Below are positions 1 through 4,801 of a DNA stretch of 5,851 nt, in pieces (within the stretch, counting starts at the first letter, position 1; the number at the start of each line of letters is the position of its first letter). A program made the position numbers and the translations under genes. Source of the DNA: a virus; the IMG/VR virus record IMGVR_UViG_3300045988_000121, positions 1 through 5,851 of that record; one strand, given 5' to 3'. The notes beneath the pieces are model-generated. The model made no database searches. It saw only the letters and a program-made list of their open reading frames with translations, and had not been told where the DNA came from.

Positions 1-36
1 TTCCAGAAATGCACGCAAGCCGAACACGATTCAATC
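1..36. repeat. Terminal direct repeat (left copy), identical to 5816-5851. It marks a circular genome that was linearised with a 36-nt overlap.
   Basis: I compared ttccagaaatgcacgcaagccgaacacgattcaatc at 1-36 with 5816-5851 base by base and found them identical. The reading frame of the capsid ORF is continuous across the junction. Confidence 0.95.
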
Positions 37-1646
37 GAGACCAGACGATTCTAACCACGTTCGATGCAGGCAAACTCATTCCATTCTATGTGGACGAAGT
101 CCTGCCGGGTGACACATTCAGCGTGGACACAGCGGCCATTATCCGCATGACAACGCCGAAATATCCGGTAATGGACGATGCATTCATTGATTTTTACTAT
201 TTCTTCTGTCCAAACCGAATTCTATGGGACGATTTCAAGTACTTCATGGGAGAAGTAGAAAGTACACCATGGATGCCCACAAAAACGTACAAAGTACCAC
301 AACTCTTACTAAAAAATAAAGATAAATTTATAATCCCATACGAGAAAAGCATACTCGACTATATGGGAGTGCCAACAAAAAGCATTAAAACGCCAGAAAC
401 GGAAGCAAGCATCAACGCACTACCTATCAGAGCATATGTAAAAATCTGGAACGAATTCTTCAGAGATGAAAACGTAGACAATGCGGCGACAATTATAACA
501 ACAAGTGAAGATGTACAATACAAAGACGGGTCAGATGAAAGCATACCGTTAGAACAAGTAATCAAAGAAGCATACAAAGGAGGAAGATGCCTACCAGTAA
601 ACAAATTCCACGACTACTTCACATCCTGTCTCCCATACCCTCAGCGTGGGCCAGATGTGACAATCCCAATGAGTGGTCTATATCCAGTAGAACTAAGAGA
701 TTTGGCAGGGCATAAACCGCAAGGCACAATTTTCATGAACGGAACTGGAACAATGGCAACAGGCACAATCGACGGCGGCGGCGGCGGTGCGGCAACGATA
801 ACAGGTGCAACAAAGTCAGGTGGAAACACAGCAATCCAGGGAAATTTATACGTAAATCTTGCAGGAGACTTAACCGCAACAGGTGCACAAGCAACAATCA
901 ACCAGCTGAGACAGGCTATCAGCGTGCAGCAGTACTATGAAGCACTGGCACGTGGAGGCAGTCGATACCGCGAACAAGTACACGCACTGTGGGATGTAAC
1001 TATCAGCGACAAAACCGTACAGATTCCAGAATATCTGGGAGGAGGACGCTATCACGTCAACATCAATCAAATCATCCAGACAAGCGGACAGCAGACAAAC
1101 ACCGATACGCCAATTGGCGAAACAGGCGCAATGTCTGTAACACCTATCAATGAAAGCTCCTTTACAAAGAGCTTTGAAGAGCACGGATTTGTAATCGGTG
1201 TATGTTGTGTAAGACATAACAGAAGTTATCAGCAGGGACTTGAACGTTTTTGGAGCAGAAAAGACAGGCTGGATTACTATGTACCACAGTTTGCAAACAT
1301 CGGTGAACAGCCTGTAAAAAAGAAAGAAATCATGTTAACCGGCGAAGCAAGCGATGAAGAAACATTCGGATATCAAGAAGCATGGGCGGACTACCGCATG
1401 AAACCGAACCGCGTATCTGGATTAATGCGAAGCAATGCCACCGGCACACTTGACTTCTGGCATTATGCAGACAACTACAAAACCGTACCAACACTTTCAC
1501 AGGAATGGATGTCAGAAGGCAAAAAGGAGATTGCACGGACTTTGATTGTGCAGAATGAACCACAGTTCTTCGGCGCAATCAGAGTAGCAAACAAAACAAC
1601 AAGACGAATGCCGCTTTACAGCGTGCCGGGTCTGTATAAACTGTAA
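1..1646 (+). CDS. VP1: Major capsid protein VP1 (phiX174 F homologue). It is 5'-truncated by the linearisation; the true start is ATG 5782, giving about 559 aa.
   Basis: The frame is open from the window edge. The ORF track starts at ATG 9, but the same frame continues from 5782 (MNRNNERHFLQVPE then MHASRTRFNRDQ...). Gokushovirus capsid hallmarks are present: TTFDAGKLIPFYVDEVLPGDTF near the N-terminus and INQLRQA...ALARGGSRYREQVHALWDV mid-protein. The length is typical for VP1. Confidence 0.95.
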   Translation, partial: PEMHASRTRFNRDQTILTTFDAGKLIPFYVDEVLPGDTFSVDTAAIIRMTTPKYPVMDDAFIDFYYFFCPNRILWDDFKYFMGEVESTPWMPTKTYKVPQLLLKNKDKFIIPYEKSILDYMGVPTKSIKTPETEASINALPIRAYVKIWNEFFRDENVDNAATIITTSEDVQYKDGSDESIPLEQVIKEAYKGGRCLPVNKFHDYFTSCLPYPQRGPDVTIPMSGLYPVELRDLAGHKPQGTIFMNGTGTMATGTIDGGGGGAATITGATKSGGNTAIQGNLYVNLAGDLTATGAQATINQLRQAISVQQYYEALARGGSRYREQVHALWDVTISDKTVQIPEYLGGGRYHVNINQIIQTSGQQTNTDTPIGETGAMSVTPINESSFTKSFEEHGFVIGVCCVRHNRSYQQGLERFWSRKDRLDYYVPQFANIGEQPVKKKEIMLTGEASDEETFGYQEAWADYRMKPNRVSGLMRSNATGTLDFWHYADNYKTVPTLSQEWMSEGKKEIARTLIVQNEPQFFGAIRVANKTTRRMPLYSVPGLYKL

Positions 1647-1656
1647 GAAAGGAGGA

Positions 1657-1684
1657 AGCCCGGAGAAATCCGGGCTATTTTAAA
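1657..1684 (+). terminator. GC-rich hairpin with a GNRA loop plus a T-tract between VP1 and VP2. It is a candidate leaky intrinsic terminator and an SD-to-start bridging hairpin.
   Basis: The stem AGCCCGGA (1657-1664) pairs with TCCGGGCT (1669-1676). The loop is GAAA, followed by ATTTTAAAA and then ATG 1685. The only SD (AAGGAGGA, 1649-1656) lies immediately 5' of the stem. Confidence 0.55.
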
Positions 1685-2572
1685 ATGTCACTATTAGGAG
1701 CACTAGGAACAATCGGAAGCATAGCAGGAACAGTTGGCACAGTAGCAAACGCAGTAGGACAAATTGGAAACGCATTCGGTGCATGGGGACAAGTAGGACA
1801 AAGCCAAAGCCAAGGCGGAAGCACACAAAGCGGCGGCGGACAAAGCCAAAGCGGCAGCAAGTCCGGGACAAACGTAGACCAAGTAGAAAAGTGGTTGCAA
1901 GGAGCATACGGATACCAGAACAACGAAGGAGTGAAACAAGGCCAATTCAACCAGAGATCAATGCTACAGCAGATGGGCTATAACACACTGGGGGCGATCA
2001 TGCAGGGTGTCTATAACCACATCGAAAACCAGACTGCAATGAATTTTAACAGCACAGAAGCACTTGCAAACCGTGAATGGCAAGAAAGAATGTCAAATAC
2101 AGCTTATCAGAGAGCAGTAAAAGACATGAGAGAAGCAGGGTTAAACCCGATTCTAGCATTCCAGAACGGCGGTGCAAGTACGCCCGGTGGAAGCACAGCA
2201 ACAATCTCAGGTGCAAGCATGGGTGCACCGTCCTCAAGTGCGTTAGGAGTAAGTAGAGCATCCGGGTTTGTGCCAAACGCATACGAAAGTGAAAGCTGGT
2301 CACAAAGCGACTGGTACAACGCCGCGCAAAGCTGGAATCAGATGCTTAGCAGTACAGGCATGACACCACTAGGATTGCAGAAAACGCTATCAGAAATCGG
2401 AGAAGGTACAGGAAACTTAATCGACAAAACCGTTGGAGCAGGAAGAAAAGCCGCAGAAAGAGGAAAAACAAATGTAAACAAAGCAATAGAAAACGTAAGA
2501 AATGGGCATGGAATCGACAACATCACAGGCAATAGAAATAGAGCCGGTGGTGGAGCAGGAAGGAACAAATAA
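1685..2572 (+). CDS. VP2: Minor capsid / DNA pilot protein VP2 (295 aa)
   Basis: It sits immediately after VP1. It has a hydrophobic Gly/Ala-rich N-terminus (MSLLGALGTIGSIAGTVGTVANAVGQIG), a Q/S/G low-complexity linker, and the conserved gokushovirus VP2 core REWQERMSNTAYQRAVKDMREAGLNPILAF. No alternative in-frame start exists between the upstream stop (1637-1639) and 1685. Confidence 0.9.
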   Translation: MSLLGALGTIGSIAGTVGTVANAVGQIGNAFGAWGQVGQSQSQGGSTQSGGGQSQSGSKSGTNVDQVEKWLQGAYGYQNNEGVKQGQFNQRSMLQQMGYNTLGAIMQGVYNHIENQTAMNFNSTEALANREWQERMSNTAYQRAVKDMREAGLNPILAFQNGGASTPGGSTATISGASMGAPSSSALGVSRASGFVPNAYESESWSQSDWYNAAQSWNQMLSSTGMTPLGLQKTLSEIGEGTGNLIDKTVGAGRKAAERGKTNVNKAIENVRNGHGIDNITGNRNRAGGGAGRNK

Positions 2573-2575
2573 AAA

Positions 2576-3598
2576 ATGAGCTGTTATAAACCGTTAATTC
2601 GGATATACAGCCCAGAAAACAGAAAAATCAGCGGGCAAGTGTATACGCTTGCCCGCTTTTCTGAAAGAATGGGCAAAAAAGTTAAATATGAAGATTTGAT
2701 GTACAATCCAAAAGTAATGCTGATACCATGCGGGCAATGCATCGGATGTAGAATAAGGCAGCGCGAGGACTGGACAACAAGAATAGAACTGGAAGCACGA
2801 GAATATCCAAAAGAACAAGTCTGGTTCATTACACTAACTTATGATGACGACCATGTACCGGGCATGATAGTAAAAACCGGTGAAATCATGCGCAAAGTGC
2901 AATACGTCTGGAAGCCGGGAGAGAAAGCGCCAGAGAGCGTACAAACGCTAATGTATCCAGACATTCAAAAATTTTTAAAACGTCTCAGGAAAGCTTACAG
3001 GGGCAAATTACGCTATTTCTGTGCTGGAGAGTACGGAGAACAAACAGCAAGACCACACTATCACATGATTTTGTACGGATGGGAGCCAACAGACCTGAAA
3101 CACCTGTATAAAATCCAACACAACGGATACTTTACAAGTGAATGGCTGTGCAAGCTGTGGGGAATGGGTCAAATACAAATAGCGCAAGCAGTACCCGAAA
3201 CTTACAGATATGTTGCAGGATACGTAACAAAAAAAATGTATGAAATAGACGGTAAAAAAGCAAACGCATACTATGAACTAGGGCAACAAAAACCATTTGC
3301 ATGTATGTCACTTAAGCCGGGACTAGGCGATGCTTACTATCAAGAACACAAAGAAGAAATCTGGAGGCAAGGATACATCCAATGCACAAACGGAAAGAAG
3401 GCGCAAATTCCGCGATATTATGAAAAAATGATGGAAACAGAAAATCCTGAAAGGCTTTGGAGAATCAAAAGAAACAGACAAGCCGCAGCAATTGCAGAAA
3501 ACCGGCTAAAGTATGAAAATGCAGACTTTGAAACAAATCTTAAAACCAAAGAAAGAGTTGTTAAAAAATCCGTAAAGCTCAAAAAAGGTGGACTTTAA
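2576..3598 (+). CDS. VP4: Replication initiation protein VP4 (HUH rolling-circle endonuclease, phiX174 A homologue, 340 aa)
   Basis: Motifs occur in the canonical order: CGQCIGCR, FITLTYDD (motif 1, nt 2825-2842), RPHYHMILYG (HUH motif, HYH at nt 3056-3064), and YRYVAGYVTKK with two Tyr spaced Y-x3-Y (nt 3209-3223), as in the phiX174 A catalytic tyrosines. Confidence 0.95.
   Translation: MSCYKPLIRIYSPENRKISGQVYTLARFSERMGKKVKYEDLMYNPKVMLIPCGQCIGCRIRQREDWTTRIELEAREYPKEQVWFITLTYDDDHVPGMIVKTGEIMRKVQYVWKPGEKAPESVQTLMYPDIQKFLKRLRKAYRGKLRYFCAGEYGEQTARPHYHMILYGWEPTDLKHLYKIQHNGYFTSEWLCKLWGMGQIQIAQAVPETYRYVAGYVTKKMYEIDGKKANAYYELGQQKPFACMSLKPGLGDAYYQEHKEEIWRQGYIQCTNGKKAQIPRYYEKMMETENPERLWRIKRNRQAAAIAENRLKYENADFETNLKTKERVVKKSVKLKKGGL
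2630..2661 (+). terminator. Perfect 10-bp hairpin plus T-tract inside the 5' end of VP4, 58 nt after the VP2 stop. It is a candidate leaky terminator or attenuator.
   Basis: AGCGGGCAAG (2630-2639) pairs with CTTGCCCGCT (2648-2657). The 8-nt loop is TGTATACG, followed by TTTC. The element encodes ISGQVYTLARFS of VP4. Confidence 0.4.
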
Positions 3599-3616
3599 AA
3601 GTTTTCGGTGTCACCT

Positions 3617-3653
3617 AGCCCAGTACCTATCAAGTAAGGTACTGGGCTTATTT
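3617..3653 (+). terminator. Rho-independent-type terminator hairpin after VP4
   Basis: A 12-bp perfect stem, AGCCCAGTACCT (3617-3628) with AGGTACTGGGCT (3637-3648), has the loop ATCAAGTA and is followed by TATTT. It starts 19 nt after the VP4 stop codon. Confidence 0.65.
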
Positions 3654-3697
3654 GCGCGCGCACGCGCGCGCGTAGACGCACGCACATGCACGCGCAT
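3653..3697. repeat. Two 22-nt perfectly alternating pyrimidine/purine (CG/CA) tracts. The region is Z-DNA-prone and hairpin-prone.
   Basis: 3653-3674 (TGCGCGCGCACGCGCGCGCGTA) and 3676-3697 (ACGCACGCACATGCACGCGCAT) each alternate Y/R without interruption and are separated by the single base G3675. Palindromes lie inside: TGCGCGCGCA (3653-3662) and ACGCGCGCGCGT (3662-3673). TGCGCG (3653-3658) is complementary to CGCGCA (3691-3696). Confidence 0.85.
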
Positions 3698-3736
3698 TTA
3701 TTATATTAACTTGTTGTAGACGTAGTAGTAGAGCAA

Positions 3737-3900
3737 GTGGAAAAGTTGAAAGTGATAAAAATTACTCGTTATCACGTGAGAAACAGGAAAAATTCTCAGT
3801 TAAAAATCTTGTTAAAAACTTGTTAAATTGTTGAAACACTCTATTGTGCTAAAGTTTAACAATGTTAAAATGTTGAAAACTATGTGGAAAAAGTTGAAAA
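3737..3900. repeat. Iteron-like array of GTT(G/A)AAA motifs, bracketed by a 16/17-nt direct repeat, in an AT-rich noncoding region
   Basis: GTGGAAAAGTTGAAA (3737-3751) matches GTGGAAAAAGTTGAAA (3884-3899). GTT(G/A)AA(A/T) starts at 3745, 3799, 3811, 3822, 3830, 3864, 3872 and 3893. One inverted pair, TTTAAC-AAT-GTTAAA, lies at 3855-3869. Tandem CTTGTTAAAAA / CTTGTTAAATT occurs at 3808-3829 with an 11-nt period. Confidence 0.7.
3752..3775. repeat. 7-bp inverted repeat GTGATAA-N10-TTATCAC, a candidate protein-binding site or ssDNA hairpin
   Basis: GTGATAA (3752-3758) is the reverse complement of TTATCAC (3769-3775). It is followed by the palindrome CACGTG (3773-3778). Confidence 0.5.
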
Positions 3901-3912
3901 ATCCAAAAAAGA

Positions 3913-3946
3913 TTGACTTTTTTCCAAAAATATAATAAAGTATAAT
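3913..3946 (+). promoter_or_regulatory. Sigma70-type promoter-like region upstream of the accessory gene block
   Basis: TTGACT lies at 3913-3918. Two perfect TATAAT boxes lie at 3931-3936 and 3941-3946, but their spacers are 12 and 22 nt, which is non-canonical. At the canonical 17-nt spacing the -10 would be TAAAGT (3936-3941, 4/6 match). The A-tract array upstream could act as an UP element. Confidence 0.4.
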
Positions 3947-3968
3947 CACAGAAAGGAAGGTGCTAAAA

Positions 3969-4151
3969 ATGAAACACAACTACGAACTAAAAGCATTAAA
4001 AGCCAACAAAGCAGTGGAAACAGTACTAAGAATAAACGCGGAACCCAAAGACGCAAAACGAAAAGCAAAGAGTTACACAAACAAACATGAAGGAATCTAC
4101 AAACTATACAAAGTTGAAGAAGTGGAAATATATTTCGCTGAAAAAGAATAA
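3969..4151 (+). CDS. Hypothetical small basic protein (60 aa), first gene of the accessory block
   Basis: ATG 3969 is preceded by SD GAAAGGAAGG (3951-3960, 8-nt spacing). The track's earlier start at 3960 lies inside the SD. I recognise no motif. The protein is Lys-rich and soluble-looking. Confidence 0.5.
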   Translation: MKHNYELKALKANKAVETVLRINAEPKDAKRKAKSYTNKHEGIYKLYKVEEVEIYFAEKE

Positions 4152-4284
4152 AAGCACCTACGGTGGACCTACCGAAGTTTCAAAAGTTGCTACGCAACCC
4201 TTGAAAATTCGGCAGGTGTATGATACACTAAGACAAAGAGGCGGCGAACCTCAGAACCTTGAAAAAAAAATAGGAGAAGAAGTC

Positions 4285-4674
4285 ATGATTGTATCATACA
4301 TTGCAGAAAAAGAAGGAAACGTAGAAGTTAAAAGATATTTCCGGGTAAAAGAGTTTGCATGTAAAGATGGAACGCCGGTCGTCTTTATAGACGACCACCT
4401 AGTAACAATTCTGTCAATCCTAAGGACCAAAATCGGAAGGCCGGTTATCATCAACAGCGGATACAGAACGCCGGAGCACAACAAGCGAGTAGGCGGCGCA
4501 AAGTACAGCTACCACATGCGCGGCATGGCGGCAGATATCAAAGTCGAAGGAATGAAAGCAAAAGAGCTGGCAAAAAAACTCGACGAGATAGTACCGAATG
4601 AATGCGGCATCATCGTATATAACAACTGGGTGCACTTTGATGTTCGCCACAGCAAATACAGAAAGGGGGTGTAA
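4285..4674 (+). CDS. Zinc D,D- or L,D-peptidase of the LAS / Peptidase M15 (M15A, YcbK-like) fold. It is a putative peptidoglycan hydrolase (endolysin-like), 129 aa.
   Basis: The family signature is present: SGYRTPEHNKRVGGAKYSYHMRGMAADI (SGYR...N...S-x-H-x2-G-x-A-x-D) plus WVHFDV. This gives zinc ligands H77, D84 and H117 in H-x6-D ... H-x-D geometry. I prefer ATG 4285, which has SD AGGAG (4272-4276), over the track's ATG 4087. That earlier start has no SD and overlaps the preceding ORF. Confidence 0.85.
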   Translation: MIVSYIAEKEGNVEVKRYFRVKEFACKDGTPVVFIDDHLVTILSILRTKIGRPVIINSGYRTPEHNKRVGGAKYSYHMRGMAADIKVEGMKAKELAKKLDEIVPNECGIIVYNNWVHFDVRHSKYRKGV

Positions 4675-4678
4675 ACAA

Positions 4679-4795
4679 ATGGCTCTTATCAGTATCAAAG
4701 ACGTCAAGCAGGCTATCAAGATTATGATGCAGATTCTGGAAAAGCTGGACGAGATTTATCACGCCCTGCACGACCAACCGAACGAAAAGGAGTAA
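4679..4795 (+). CDS. Hypothetical 38-aa amphipathic helical peptide, tightly coupled to the peptidase gene
   Basis: ATG 4679 lies 4 nt after the peptidase stop, with SD GGGGGT (4665-4670). The sequence is MALISIKDVKQAIKIMMQILEKLDEIYHALHDQPNEKE. The track's longer start at 4598 lies inside the peptidase gene and has no SD. Confidence 0.45.
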   Translation: MALISIKDVKQAIKIMMQILEKLDEIYHALHDQPNEKE

Positions 4796-4801
4796 ACGAA
4801 A

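Noticed and set aside
1783-1983. A 66-aa extremely basic ORF (RRKHTKRRRTKPKRQQVRDKRRPSRK) overlapping VP2 in the +2 frame, tempting as a J-like or overlapping gene
   Set aside because: Its basic character is a direct by-product of reading the CAAAGC/GGCGGC repeats of the VP2 Q/S/G linker out of frame. It has no SD upstream, and a bona fide ORF8-like basic peptide already exists at 5013-5135. Only synonymous-constraint analysis in homologues could revive it.
4087-4284. N-terminal 66-aa extension of the peptidase ORF (the track's 195-aa version)
   Set aside because: ATG 4087 has no SD and sits inside the 60-aa ORF. The extension is low-complexity and not part of the M15 domain, whereas ATG 4285 has a well-spaced AGGAG. 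In-frame GTG 4216 cannot be fully excluded.
4377-4396. Perfect 8-bp hairpin GGTCGTCT-TTAT-AGACGACC inside the peptidase gene
   Set aside because: It has no T-tract and no positional logic, being mid-gene. A single 8-bp stem in a 5.8 kb sequence could be chance, and I have no way to test significance here.
4598-4678. Longer 65-aa version of the small ORF, starting inside the peptidase gene
   Set aside because: It has no SD at 4598 and is nested in the peptidase 3' end. ATG 4679, directly after the peptidase stop, has an SD and is the parsimonious start.
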